Assembly: GCA_051531975.1 (NCBI GenBank) | Contig: JAOPTT010000004.1 | Coordinates: 96,001-160,000, forward strand | Reading direction: 5' to 3' | Origin: Spirochaetaceae bacterium | GTDB taxonomy: Bacteria; Spirochaetota; Spirochaetia; DSM-2461 | Length of the DNA: 64,000 bases | Made by a program: the position numbers and the translations under genes | The notes under the pieces: generated by a model | Told to the model about the DNA's origin: nothing | The model's database searches: none | What the model saw: the letters and a program-made list of their open reading frames with translations, nothing else | In this document: positions 10,308 to 20,817 of the stretch, in pieces | Position numbering within the stretch: the first letter of the stretch is position 1 | How the letters are laid out: each line of letters starts with the position of its first letter

Positions 10308-12138
10308 ACTTATTAAGCTCTACATTTATCTCTCTACTAACAACTGCTACTTGGTCAGAAATAGATTTTAGACCATTTAAAGATTCTGTTACTTCATGAA
10401 ACCCTATATTTACTTCAGTCATAGCTTCTTTTACAGTAGTGGATATATCTGCAACTTCGTTAATACTTGAATTTACAGAATCTGCACTGCTTCTCATATG
10501 ATCCGATTTATTTTGTACATCAGATGATATTTCACTTAAACTATCCATCGCCTCTAATATCTGTTTCCCACCTAGGTTTAATTCTGAGGTACTTGAAGAT
10601 ACTGCAGTTAGTGACTCTGAAACACCTTTAATATTATCATAAATTTTACCAAATGCTTCTCTTGTATTTATACCTGATTCCGATGCTTTCTCAAATTTAG
10701 AAATTATATCTTTAAGATTAGCGCTTATATCTTTACTACTTAAGGCTGACGCTTCTGCAAGTTTCCTAATTTCATCTGCAACAACTGCAAATCCTTTTCC
10801 TGCATCACCAGCATGTGCAGCCTCAATTGCCGCATTCATTGCAAGTAGATTAGTCTGGTCCGATATATTTTGGATTACTTCAGCCATATCATTTATATTG
10901 TAGATCGATGAGTTAATATCTTCTATAATATCTGTGGTTTCTGTAATCTGCTGGTCTCCCTCTCTTGCAGTCTCCTGAAGATTATTCATAACAACCTGGT
11001 TTTTATCAGTTAATCTAGAAACACTGGAAATAGATGCAATCATCTGAGTTATAGATGCTGTAGACTCTTCAACCATAGCCATCTGATCTGATATATGATT
11101 TGATAACTCATTTGTAAAGGATGATATCTCAGCAACTTTTTTACTAGAATTGATAATATTGTTATTTAATGTACCCATCTGACTATCAACTGAGTTTATG
11201 TTAGCTGATATTTCAACAGACGCAGTGGAAGTTTCTGTTGCAGTTGTTATAAGGTTCTCTTTTACATCCTCATTCCTAACTGAGTATCTTTTAATTCTAT
11301 TTAACGAGTCATTTAATGACGTTTGAAAAACATTCATATCTTGACTTAATTTACCAATTTCATCGCTGGATTTGACATTTATATCATTACTTAAGTCTCC
11401 AGTTGCCATAATTGAGAGGCTAGAACCGATATCTCTAACTGACTTTGCAATTTTCCCTGCGGATATAGAGGCTATAATTATTGAAAATATCAAAAGAATA
11501 CCAAAAAGGCTAAGAGTAACAGTATTACCGACTCTTTCAAAATACGCAGTCTTCTGGGATATTATTCCATACTGTTCTCTTAATATATCAACAGATATTT
11601 GTAATCCTAACTCTAAATTGAATAACTCTTTTTTTGCTTTTTTTGAATAAAATCGTAGTTTTGAAAGTTGTTTAGTATCTAACCCTCCAGCAGATTCTAA
11701 ACTATTAATTACGAACCTTTTATTACTACCCATTACATCCTTAACTACATCTAGTAGAGAATCGATACTTAAATTGAACTTTGATAATGCTGCTTCTTCA
11801 TAACCTTCTAAGTTAGCTACGTTTTCTAAGGCTTTTTTAATCTCATTATCTAATGTAGGTAATAATTTTATTTTTTTTAGCTGGGCAAATGCCTCACGTT
11901 TTTCAATTAAAGCGTTATCAAATACATCCCTATGGGCAACAACTTCTGTTGTATCATATAAGTATTTAAGAAGTTCAATATGCTCTTTGTTAAGGGTATC
12001 TTTAAATAACTGTAAATATTCTTTTTCTTTTTCAATAGTTTTAATATTCGATTGGAAACCGATATAAACACCCATGGAGATTGCCATTAATCCAAGTGCT
12101 GAGATTGTTAATACAAGTATTTTTGCTTTTATTTTCAT
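10291..12138 (-). CDS. Methyl-accepting chemotaxis protein
   Basis: Two TM helices, HAMP (DEIGKL), [35 protein letters not shown]. Confidence 0.95.
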   Translation of the reverse strand: MKIKAKILVLTISALGLMAISMGVYIGFQSNIKTIEKEKEYLQLFKDTLNKEHIELLKYLYDTTEVVAHRDVFDNALIEKREAFAQLKKIKLLPTLDNEIKKALENVANLEGYEEAALSKFNLSIDSLLDVVKDVMGSNKRFVINSLESAGGLDTKQLSKLRFYSKKAKKELFNLELGLQISVDILREQYGIISQKTAYFERVGNTVTLSLFGILLIFSIIIASISAGKIAKSVRDIGSSLSIMATGDLSNDINVKSSDEIGKLSQDMNVFQTSLNDSLNRIKRYSVRNEDVKENLITTATETSTASVEISANINSVDSQMGTLNNNIINSSKKVAEISSFTNELSNHISDQMAMVEESTASITQMIASISSVSRLTDKNQVVMNNLQETAREGDQQITETTDIIEDINSSIYNINDMAEVIQNISDQTNLLAMNAAIEAAHAGDAGKGFAVVADEIRKLAEASALSSKDISANLKDIISKFEKASESGINTREAFGKIYDNIKGVSESLTAVSSSTSELNLGGKQILEAMDSLSEISSDVQNKSDHMRSSADSVNSSINEVADISTTVKEAMTEVNIGFHEVTESLNGLKSISDQVAVVSREINVELNKFKTGE

Positions 12139-12400
12139 TATGACTCCTATCTATAAAAATCATGAGTTTTTATTTTATTAGTACATAATGTAACCTGAAT
12201 TTTGCTATAAATCAACTTTAATCGACGATACAATTGGTACATAAATTTTGTATTTATCTTTAGGATTCATTACTTGGTATAAATTTTCCAAAAAATAAGT
12301 CAAAATACATTGAATAAGATAGTTATGTCGTCTTGTAAAAATAAAGATGTAAATATAACATGTTAAAGGTTTTAACCAAATTTATAATGAAGGTCGGGGA

Positions 12401-13231
12401 ATGATCAAAGTAAACAATCAAGAGCTAAGTAAAAATGAGTATCAGGGAGCATGTTATAACTACATGGCTCATACTAAGAAGCAAGAATTAACAGCAGAAG
12501 ATAAATTAATAGTTGCAAATCAACTTGTAGATACAAACTTATTATTAACAGAGGGTAAAAAAGCTGGATATGATCCTACAGCAGAAGATATTGAAGCTAA
12601 TTTTGAAACATTAGTATCTCAATTTCCTTCTCAGGAACAATTTGACAAAACACTACAAGAGATGGGAGATTCTATCGAAGTAGTTAAGGGTCGTCTTAAA
12701 GATGATATAATTCTTAAAAACTTCATCGAGGGTGAATTTTATAGTAAAATTACTATTGAAGAAGACCAGGTAAAGACATTTTACACTGAAAATGAACCAC
12801 GATTTACTAAGCCGTCTGAAGTTAAAGCTTCTCATATTTTAGTTAAAGAAGAAGATAAAATTAACGAGTTAAATACTAAAATTAAAGCTGGTGAATCATT
12901 TGAAGAACTAGCAAAAGAGAACTCTGAATGTCCTAGTGGTCAAAATGGTGGAGATTTAGGTTTTTTTGGTAAAGGGAAAATGGTCCCTGAATTTGAGACA
13001 ACAGCATTTGCAATGGGAGTTGGAGAAGTATCTGATCCATTCAAAACTGATTTTGGATTTCATATTCTTAAAGTAACTGATAAAACTGAGGGTGGTCAAC
13101 AAACTTTTGAACAAGTTTCAGATAGTATTAAACGACACCTAGAGCAGGTTCAAGCACAGGACGTTATATCTAAGAAGGTTGCTGAGTTAAGAGCTGATGC
13201 AACTATAGAGATAGACGAAGCGTCTCTTTAA
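12401..13231 (+). CDS. Parvulin-type peptidyl-prolyl isomerase with SurA/PrsA-like N domain, no signal peptide
   Basis: KASHILV, FEELAKENSECPS..NGGDLG, MVPEFE, GFHIL. Confidence 0.88.
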   Translation: MIKVNNQELSKNEYQGACYNYMAHTKKQELTAEDKLIVANQLVDTNLLLTEGKKAGYDPTAEDIEANFETLVSQFPSQEQFDKTLQEMGDSIEVVKGRLKDDIILKNFIEGEFYSKITIEEDQVKTFYTENEPRFTKPSEVKASHILVKEEDKINELNTKIKAGESFEELAKENSECPSGQNGGDLGFFGKGKMVPEFETTAFAMGVGEVSDPFKTDFGFHILKVTDKTEGGQQTFEQVSDSIKRHLEQVQAQDVISKKVAELRADATIEIDEASL

Positions 13232-13232
13232 A

Positions 13233-14684
13233 TTAAATAAAGAAAATCATGCTTAGAAAAAGTAATCCTAGTAAGATTTTTATATAAAAAAGTCTGGTTT
13301 TAAACCATTCTGCAAGTTTTTGGTTTGTAGTCCCTTTGTACACTGTTAAAAAAACAATTAACAGAGGGATTATAAAGCCAACATTATAAAGTGTAAGATA
13401 AAAATATGATGATAAGTTTCCTTCTATTTTTATGATATAGGCAATTATAGGTAGATAAACTTGTCCAGTACACGTAAGTTCAAATATTGTAACCATAACT
13501 CCAATAATTATTGTACCAATTATTAAACCTCTAGTTCTTGTGTTTTCTCTAATGACGCTATGTATTCTCTTTTTTAAACTTCTGGGAAGTTGGAGCTTCA
13601 TTTCAGTACTAACACCTTTCTTTACTAAATAAGCGTCGTAAAAGCTCATAATACCTAGTATAGAAAGAGCTAAAATTAGGATGTATTTTATAATTTCAGA
13701 TACAATAGGGAAAAAGTTTGCAGTTCTAATGATATTTAAGAACCCAAGTCCTACTAAATAATATGAGAAAAATATAGTAGCTGAGAATATAATTCCAATT
13801 TGTAGAATCTCTTTTTTCCCCCGGCCAATATAAAAAAGTGATGATATTAAGAAAAGCAGAGTAGTGAATGCACAAGGGTTAATACCATCTAATAGTCCTG
13901 CTAGGAATATCGGAATAGGTTTTAGATAATCTATACCATCAACATACCCCTCTTTTTGTTCCAATGTATTGTCACCATTTATTATTTGGGTAAACTGATC
14001 ACCTGAAACATCTTCTCCCTGTAAAACGTGACTATTATAGATTAGAACTGGAAACCCAGAGAGTGGAACATCTAGCTCTTTTAATCGGCTTTCTAAGTTC
14101 TCTAATTCTGAAGATTCTAAAACATTGTGTTTATTCACTGTTATAGTTTTATTAAGGTCTTTTTCTAACATAGGAACTGTATTATCAATAAACTCTTCGC
14201 ATGTTGTACAACCTGGAGAGTAGTAGATGTCAGTAATTAGCCATGTATCCATTAGATGTGTTGCCGATTCCAAATCTGCAATCTCTTTTTCTTTTTTTGC
14301 ACACTCAGGGCAACCTCCTGTTAAGGGCTTCTCTGGTGGAGCTGGAAGTTTTGCATATATTTTTATCTTTGATTTTTCACCATTAATATCAATTAAGGCA
14401 TGACGACTAATTTCATCGTAGCCTTCAGGTGTTAGAGAAAATGTTATCTGTTTTGTTTCTCCGGGGTTAATCGTCGTAGATATGGGAGAAACCACTAAGC
14501 AGTCACATAATGAGTATAGTGTGATTAAGATCTCTTCATCTTTTTTGTTTGTAAGTTCAAGAACAGTACTAACCTTTTCTAGATTAGGTAGATCTCCTAG
14601 ATAAATCTCCTCTGGGACCTCTAGAGAAAATAGGTACCCAGGGAGAATTAGGAGTAAAATTATTAGTTTAAGTGTTTTATACAC
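13233..14684 (-). CDS. Multi-domain thiol-redox membrane protein (Ig-like/CxC + thioredoxin-like CxxC + CcdA/DsbD-like TM domain)
   Basis: Signal peptide, SLCDCL, GGCPEC, YYSPGCTTCEEF, then DGINPCAF and ELTCTG in a 6-TM region. Confidence 0.7.
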   Translation of the reverse strand: MYKTLKLIILLLILPGYLFSLEVPEEIYLGDLPNLEKVSTVLELTNKKDEEILITLYSLCDCLVVSPISTTINPGETKQITFSLTPEGYDEISRHALIDINGEKSKIKIYAKLPAPPEKPLTGGCPECAKKEKEIADLESATHLMDTWLITDIYYSPGCTTCEEFIDNTVPMLEKDLNKTITVNKHNVLESSELENLESRLKELDVPLSGFPVLIYNSHVLQGEDVSGDQFTQIINGDNTLEQKEGYVDGIDYLKPIPIFLAGLLDGINPCAFTTLLFLISSLFYIGRGKKEILQIGIIFSATIFFSYYLVGLGFLNIIRTANFFPIVSEIIKYILILALSILGIMSFYDAYLVKKGVSTEMKLQLPRSLKKRIHSVIRENTRTRGLIIGTIIIGVMVTIFELTCTGQVYLPIIAYIIKIEGNLSSYFYLTLYNVGFIIPLLIVFLTVYKGTTNQKLAEWFKTRLFYIKILLGLLFLSMIFFI

Positions 14685-15384
14685 CTAAGTAAGCTTTCCT
14701 TACATCGTCATTTTTAAGTAGGTTTTCACCTGTATCAGTTAGAGTTATCTTACCGTTAACAAGTACATAACCACGATCACAAATTTTAAGTGCTTGGTTT
14801 GCATTTTGTTCAACTAAGAAAACAGTAATATTATTTTCTTTGTTTACCTTTCTTATTATGTCAAAAATTTGCTTAACAATTAGTGGAGCTAAACCAAGTG
14901 AAGGTTCGTCTAACAATAGAAGTTTTGGCTCCATCATTAAAGCTCTAGATATTGTTAACATTTGTTGTTCACCACCAGATAAAGTACCACCTAGTTGGTG
15001 TCGTCTCTCTCCAAGTATTGGGAATAAGCTATACATAAATTCAATATCTTTTTTTATCTGCTTTTTATCTTTTCGTAAAAAAGCGCCTAGTTCTAGGTTT
15101 TCTAAAATAGTTAACCCAGGGAAAATTCTTCTTCCTTCTGGAGCTTGAGTTATTCCTAAGCTAACAATTTTATCTGGACTCATAGTTGTAAGTTCCTGAC
15201 CATCTAATGTTATTGAGCCTGATCTAGGTTTCTCTAATCCAGATATTGATAACAATGTTGTTGACTTCCCAGCTCCATTAGCTCCAATTAAAGAGATGAT
15301 CTCCCCTTGTTGTACCTCTAATGAGATTCCTTTTAGTGCATGGATATTTCCATAATAGGTGTTTATATTATCTATTTTTAACAT
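14677..15384 (-). CDS. livF: Branched-chain amino acid ABC transporter ATP-binding protein
   Basis: GANGAGKST, PEGRRIF, LSGGEQQM, LDEPSLGLAP, VEQNA. Confidence 0.95.
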   Translation of the reverse strand: MLKIDNINTYYGNIHALKGISLEVQQGEIISLIGANGAGKSTTLLSISGLEKPRSGSITLDGQELTTMSPDKIVSLGITQAPEGRRIFPGLTILENLELGAFLRKDKKQIKKDIEFMYSLFPILGERRHQLGGTLSGGEQQMLTISRALMMEPKLLLLDEPSLGLAPLIVKQIFDIIRKVNKENNITVFLVEQNANQALKICDRGYVLVNGKITLTDTGENLLKNDDVRKAYLGV

Positions 15385-16169
15385 TAAAATTCCTCTCCTA
15401 GGTATGCTTTAATAACAGTTGGGTTATTCGCAGTCTCTTCCGGTGTTCCCTTAGCTATTAATTTTCCGTAGTCCATAACATAACACATATCAGATAGATT
15501 CATAACTAAATGCATATCGTGCTCAATAAGTAATACAGACAGATCATGTTCATGTTTTAATTTCTCAATAGTTCCAATTAAAGCGTGCGTTTCTTGTGGG
15601 TTCATTCCTGCAGCAGGCTCATCTAATAACAATAAGAATGGATCAGTTGCGAGTGCTCTTGCAATTTCTAATAGTCTTTGAGCTCCATAAGGTAGGTTGC
15701 AAGCAAACTCATTTGCAAACTGAGCTAAATCCATCTTTTTTAAGATTTCATAACTATCATGGATAATTCTCTGCTCTTCTTCTCTGGTTTTTTTGTTATT
15801 AAATAGTGCACCAAAAATACCAGCTTTTGTTACTGGATGTCGGCCGATCATAACATTTTCTAAAACTGTCATATTTTGAAATAACCGTATATTTTGGAAT
15901 GTTCTAGCTAATCCAAGTTCAGTTACTTTATTTGGTTTAAAACCATTAGCTCGAATTGTTTTTTTACCCGGAGGCATAATATTAATATCACCTGCTGTAG
16001 GTTCGTATACACCAGTTAAGCAGTTGAAAAAAGTTGTTTTACCTGCACCATTTGGCCCAATTAAAGCGGTGATTTCAGACTTATTTATTTCTAGGGATAC
16101 GTCATTTACAGCTTTTAAACCACCAAACTGCATTAGTAAGTTATTTATTTCTAATACTTTATTGCTCAC
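15384..16169 (-). CDS. livG: Branched-chain amino acid ABC transporter ATP-binding protein
   Basis: FGGLKAV, GPNGAGKTT, RTFQNIRLF, LDEPAAG, IEHDM, AYLG. Confidence 0.95.
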   Translation of the reverse strand: MSNKVLEINNLLMQFGGLKAVNDVSLEINKSEITALIGPNGAGKTTFFNCLTGVYEPTAGDINIMPPGKKTIRANGFKPNKVTELGLARTFQNIRLFQNMTVLENVMIGRHPVTKAGIFGALFNNKKTREEEQRIIHDSYEILKKMDLAQFANEFACNLPYGAQRLLEIARALATDPFLLLLDEPAAGMNPQETHALIGTIEKLKHEHDLSVLLIEHDMHLVMNLSDMCYVMDYGKLIAKGTPEETANNPTVIKAYLGEEF

Positions 16170-17376
16170 CGTCAGTATCTCCTTTTATTGTATATACTTT
16201 TCTAACATTTTGAATGATTCCACCTGGTCTAAATACCATCATGATTACTAAAAGGAAACCAAAAATTAACATTCTGTATTGTTGGAACTCTCTAAGGTAC
16301 TCAGGTAGTAAATTTAAAATTAAAGCTCCTAAAATAACACCTCTAACAGAACCTTTTCCACCTAATACAACAATACATAAAATCATAATTGAATGCATTA
16401 GTGTAAATGACTTAGGATCAATAAAACCAGTTTGAGATGCAAACAATACACCAGCTAACCCTGCAATAGAGGCGCTAATAATAAAAAGTGCCATTTTTGC
16501 TTTAGTCAGATCTATACCCATTGATTCTGAGGCTATATCATCTTCTCTCATTGCAACCCATGATCTACCCATTCTTGAGTTCTCGAGTCTCCAAACAACA
16601 AAAATAATAATTAATACTAACACTACAGCAATTAGATAAACATATCGAGTAGACCCAAAATAACCAAATGTATGTCCAAAAAGGGATGGTTTAGGAATAT
16701 TTGCAATTCCAGATGGGCCATTAGTTAACCAACCAAGGTTTTCTGTTAATATTCTTATTATTTCACCAAAACCTAACGTTACAATTGCTAAATAATCACC
16801 ATTTAATCTCAGTACTGGAAGTCCAATTAATGCACCAAACAGAGCACTAGCTAAACCACCTAATGGTAGAGCAATCCAAAATCCGACACCAAAATTCATG
16901 TTTAAAATAGCAAACGTATATGCGCCAACTCCAAAAAATGCTGCATAACCAAGGTTTAATAAACCACCTAAACCAACTACAATATTTAATCCAAGACCTA
17001 AAACAATGAATATTAGGGCCTTTGTAAAAATACGAGTTGTATATGGATCACTAATAAAAGGTATGATTATTATCATAATTAAGACTACAATTGGTAATCC
17101 TTTTGAAAAAAGTGGTTGTTTTTTTAAGTTAATATATTTTATACCTAACTTACTCTGATCAAATTTAAATGTAGTTCCAGCTCTTTGTCTCTCTTGTTGT
17201 AAAATCCATAAATAACTAATTCCAGCTATTACAGCTCCAACAACTAACATTAAAAGCCATCGCCAGGTAATTATTTTATCAATTGTATTTACTTTTAATA
17301 CTACAATAGGAAATGTTAATAACATTCCAAGAACAGCATTTATAAGTGATTTTTTTAATATTTCTAATTTACTCAT
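16159..17376 (-). CDS. livM: Branched-chain amino acid ABC transporter permease
   Basis: GLNIVVG..GLLNLGYAAF, LRLNGDYLAIVTLGFGEI, GRSWVAMRED. Confidence 0.93.
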   Translation of the reverse strand: MSKLEILKKSLINAVLGMLLTFPIVVLKVNTIDKIITWRWLLMLVVGAVIAGISYLWILQQERQRAGTTFKFDQSKLGIKYINLKKQPLFSKGLPIVVLIMIIIIPFISDPYTTRIFTKALIFIVLGLGLNIVVGLGGLLNLGYAAFFGVGAYTFAILNMNFGVGFWIALPLGGLASALFGALIGLPVLRLNGDYLAIVTLGFGEIIRILTENLGWLTNGPSGIANIPKPSLFGHTFGYFGSTRYVYLIAVVLVLIIIFVVWRLENSRMGRSWVAMREDDIASESMGIDLTKAKMALFIISASIAGLAGVLFASQTGFIDPKSFTLMHSIMILCIVVLGGKGSVRGVILGALILNLLPEYLREFQQYRMLIFGFLLVIMMVFRPGGIIQNVRKVYTIKGDTDGEQ

Positions 17377-17377
17377 A

Positions 17378-18286
17378 TTACACCTTCTGCCTTTGTGATT
17401 TCCCTAAAAGACCAGCAGGTTTTAGAGTTAATATCAATATTAAAATTAAAAATGCAAACAGATCTTCGTAGTCACTAGAGATATAACCTGTACCAAAACT
17501 CTCAACTAATCCTAATACAAAAGCTCCTAGTACTGCACCTGCAATACTTCCAATACCACCTAATACAGCAGCAACAAATGCTTTTATACCAACTATAAAA
17601 CCTATATAGAAGTTTATTTGACCCATTTGAGAACTAATTAATACTCCACCAATTGCAGCTGCCGCTGAACCGATTAGGAATGTAATACTAATAACTTTAT
17701 TAATATCTATTCCTAAAAGCTGAGCCATCTTACTATCCTGAGAGGTTGCTCTCATGGCTTTTCCTGTTTTTGTAAATTTAACTAGAATTGTAAAACCTAT
17801 TAAAAATAGTGCGGTACATATATATATTAATACCTGAGCAGAACTCAGATAGTTTTCTACTGGTTTTAAAAATGCAAAATCTGGGATTAGATTTGGGAAT
17901 GATAAAAAATCTGATGTTTGAAATAGTAATACAAAGTTTTGTAAAAACATTGAAACACCAATTGCACTAATAAGTGCTGAAAGTCTCTGAGTTTTTCTTA
18001 AAGGTTTGTATGCGATTTTCTCTATTGTTACACCATATGCTGCTGAATAAATTATAGCAACTAAAGTTGCAACAACTAATGATAGGACAGGGTTAATACC
18101 AGCATAGCTCATTAAGCTTGCTACAATAAGACCTGTAAATGCTCCGAGCATGTAAAACTCGCCGTGTGCAAAGTTTATCAGTTTAATAATACCGTAAACC
18201 ATTGTGTATCCAAGGGCTATAAGTGCATATATACTACCCCTTGTTAAACCACTTAAAAGTAGCTTGAAAAAATATCCAATGTCCAT
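17378..18286 (-). CDS. livH: Branched-chain amino acid ABC transporter permease
   Basis: GSIYALIALGYTMVYGII.LINFAHG, KAFVAAVLGGIG. Confidence 0.95.
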   Translation of the reverse strand: MDIGYFFKLLLSGLTRGSIYALIALGYTMVYGIIKLINFAHGEFYMLGAFTGLIVASLMSYAGINPVLSLVVATLVAIIYSAAYGVTIEKIAYKPLRKTQRLSALISAIGVSMFLQNFVLLFQTSDFLSFPNLIPDFAFLKPVENYLSSAQVLIYICTALFLIGFTILVKFTKTGKAMRATSQDSKMAQLLGIDINKVISITFLIGSAAAAIGGVLISSQMGQINFYIGFIVGIKAFVAAVLGGIGSIAGAVLGAFVLGLVESFGTGYISSDYEDLFAFLILILILTLKPAGLLGKSQRQKV

Positions 18287-18306
18287 TAGGACTCCTTTAT
18301 AAAAAG

Positions 18307-18332
18307 AAATCGGGGTTTATTAACCCCGATTT
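18307..18332 (-). terminator. Hairpin/terminator between livK and livH
   Basis: Perfect 11-bp inverted repeat AAATCGGGGTT-tatt-AACCCCGATTT followed by a T-run on the minus strand. Confidence 0.75.
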
Positions 18333-18337
18333 AGTTA

Positions 18338-19453
18338 TTATTTAACTTCTACATAAGCTCCGTTAACAACTTGGAAAGCGCTGAAACCAACACCTTCTGG
18401 GTTACCATTATCAGCAAAACTGATGTTACCTAAAGTAGTTTCAACAGTCATGTCTAACATTGCAGCTCTAACAGCTTCGTAGTCAGTAGTTCCAGCTTTT
18501 TCGATAGCTTTTAATAAAGACTCTATTGCAGCAGATGCATTTAAGAAGAATGTACCTGGTTGCTCACCATACTTAGCAACATGAGCAGTAATAGCTTCTT
18601 GAGCTAAAGCACTAGATGATGTATCTACAGGACCTGTAGCATAAACACCTTCAGCAAACTCACCAGCAACTTTGATAAATGTATTATCTTTTACACCATC
18701 ATCAGATAAGAAAGGCATATCCATGTTAGATTTTTTCATTTGAGTAACAAGCTTAGAAGCCTCTGGGTGATAACCACCCCAAATTACAGCGTCTGCATTT
18801 GTGCTACTAACTTTGTTTAATATAGCAGAATAATCTACAGCACCAGGAGTAATCCCTTCAAATAGTAGAACTTCAACTTTACCTTCAGCTTCTAGTAAAT
18901 CTTTTACAAATGTAGCAAAACCTTTACCGTAATCACCTTTATCGTGAAGTATAGCAACAGTTTTTAAACCTAATTTATTTATTAAATCAACTTCTACAGC
19001 AGCCTGTGCATCATCTGGTGCAATAGCTCTAAAGAAGTTAGGATACTCTCCATTAGTTAAATCTGGGTTAGTCGCAGATGGACTTATAGTAAGAATATTT
19101 GAATCTCGGTAGATACCTAAAGCAGCTTTTGTTGCACCACTACAGATATGACCAATAACACCAACAACTTTCTTACCTGTTAATTTAGCAGCAACATCAG
19201 CAGCAATACCTGCATCACATGCTTCATCTTCAACAAGGATTTCGATCTGTCGACCTAAAACTCCACCATTAGCATTCCATCTTTCAACAGCTATCTCTAC
19301 AGCTTTAACAGTTGGAAGTCCATAGGGTGCAAGGTCACCAGTGTGCGCTCCAGCTACACCAATAACGATAGAATCACTTTCAGAATTTGAACCAGCGCTC
19401 ATGTTAAATGCTACTAAAGCAAATAATAAAGCTAACAAACTTTTGATTTTCAT
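18338..19453 (-). CDS. livK: Branched-chain amino acid ABC transporter substrate-binding protein
   Basis: NANGGVLG, VIGHICSG, ISPSATNP, HDKGDYGKG, GGYHPE; heads the liv operon. Confidence 0.9.
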   Translation of the reverse strand: MKIKSLLALLFALVAFNMSAGSNSESDSIVIGVAGAHTGDLAPYGLPTVKAVEIAVERWNANGGVLGRQIEILVEDEACDAGIAADVAAKLTGKKVVGVIGHICSGATKAALGIYRDSNILTISPSATNPDLTNGEYPNFFRAIAPDDAQAAVEVDLINKLGLKTVAILHDKGDYGKGFATFVKDLLEAEGKVEVLLFEGITPGAVDYSAILNKVSSTNADAVIWGGYHPEASKLVTQMKKSNMDMPFLSDDGVKDNTFIKVAGEFAEGVYATGPVDTSSSALAQEAITAHVAKYGEQPGTFFLNASAAIESLLKAIEKAGTTDYEAVRAAMLDMTVETTLGNISFADNGNPEGVGFSAFQVVNGAYVEVK

Positions 19454-19815
19454 ATTTTTCTCCTTAATAAATGCGTAAAAAAGGGCATTCAGAAGTATTT
19501 GGTACGATATACGTAATATCCTACTAAATTACTCTTAAAATCCTTAATCAATATTTAATTATTATATATTTTGATGTGAACTTTGAAAAGGAAAAAGTAT
19601 AAAAATGTCAAATCTGATTTGCTTGTTAACTAATATTGGCAGAACTATATTTGGAATTGCGTTGTTTTTGGCATAGTTAATTATGTTGTTTTAACTGATG
19701 TTACAATTAAAATGTGTAGGACTCTGGTTGGATTGAAATTAAATTTTGTTTTGGATCGGGTGTTAAGGGGGTTCGATATGCGTAATTGTTGTGACCTTGT
19801 TTTTTATTAGGGAAA

Positions 19816-19855
19816 GGCCTTATTTCAACTTATAATATACAGTTAAAATAAGGCT
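19816..19855 (-). terminator. Probable stem-loop downstream of trxB
   Basis: GCCTTATTT ... AAATAAGGC inverted repeat immediately after the trxB stop. Confidence 0.5.
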
Positions 19856-19861
19856 TAACTG

Positions 19862-20806
19862 TTATTCTTGTTCTGCTAACCACCGTTCTGTGTCAATAGC
19901 TGCCATACAACCTGTACCAGCTGCAGTTACTGCTTGACGATATTTACTATCCATTACATCACCACAAGCAAAAACACCTTCAATATTAGTTCTTGTTGTT
20001 CCAGGAGGTGTTATTAAGTATCCATTTTCATCTGTATCTAAGGAATCTTTAAATATCTCTGTATTTGGTTTATGCCCTACTGCTATAAAAAGTCCTTTAA
20101 CTCCAATTTCACTTTTCTCACCAGTTTTATTGTTAAGAACTCGAACGTCAACTAGTGGTCCTGTGTCTCCACCTAAAACCTCATCTAGTTCTGTATTCCA
20201 TAACATCTCAATTTTTGGATTATCGAAAGCTCTTTTTTGCATTGCTTTACTAGCTCTTAGTTCATCTCTTCGGTGCATTAGGTATACTTTAGAACAGAAG
20301 TTTGTTAGGTAGATAGCTTCTTCTACTGCAGTGTCTCCACCACCAATAACTGCAACATCTTTCTCTTTAAAGAAAAAACCATCACATGTTGCACATGCTG
20401 ATACACCTCGACCTTTAAACTTAGATTCACTTTCTAAACCTAGGTATTTAGCCGTTGCTCCTGTAGATATTATTAAAGAGTCACAGCTATACTGCTTTCC
20501 ATATGTATCTAATATAAAGGGTCTTTTAGAAAGATCAGCTTTTGTAACTTCATCTTCAATAATGATAGTATTAAATCTTAGAGCTTGTTTCTCCATATCC
20601 ATCATTAATTCATTACCATCGCGACCGTCAGGGAATCCAGGGAAGTTATCAATTTCTGTAGTTGTAGTTAACTGTCCACCTTTTTGAAATCCCGAGATCA
20701 TAACTGGGTTTAAGTTAGCTCTAGCTGCATAAATTGCAGCTGTATATCCTGCTGGGCCTGAGCCTATAATTATTACTTTATGGTGTTCCATACTGTTTTC
20801 TGACAT
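19862..20806 (-). CDS. trxB: Thioredoxin-disulfide reductase
   Basis: GSGPAGYTAA, GVSACATCDGFF, GGGDTAVEEA, RQAVTAAGTG. Confidence 0.96.
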   Translation of the reverse strand: MSENSMEHHKVIIIGSGPAGYTAAIYAARANLNPVMISGFQKGGQLTTTTEIDNFPGFPDGRDGNELMMDMEKQALRFNTIIIEDEVTKADLSKRPFILDTYGKQYSCDSLIISTGATAKYLGLESESKFKGRGVSACATCDGFFFKEKDVAVIGGGDTAVEEAIYLTNFCSKVYLMHRRDELRASKAMQKRAFDNPKIEMLWNTELDEVLGGDTGPLVDVRVLNNKTGEKSEIGVKGLFIAVGHKPNTEIFKDSLDTDENGYLITPPGTTRTNIEGVFACGDVMDSKYRQAVTAAGTGCMAAIDTERWLAEQE

Positions 20807-20817
20807 TTTTTGTTCTC

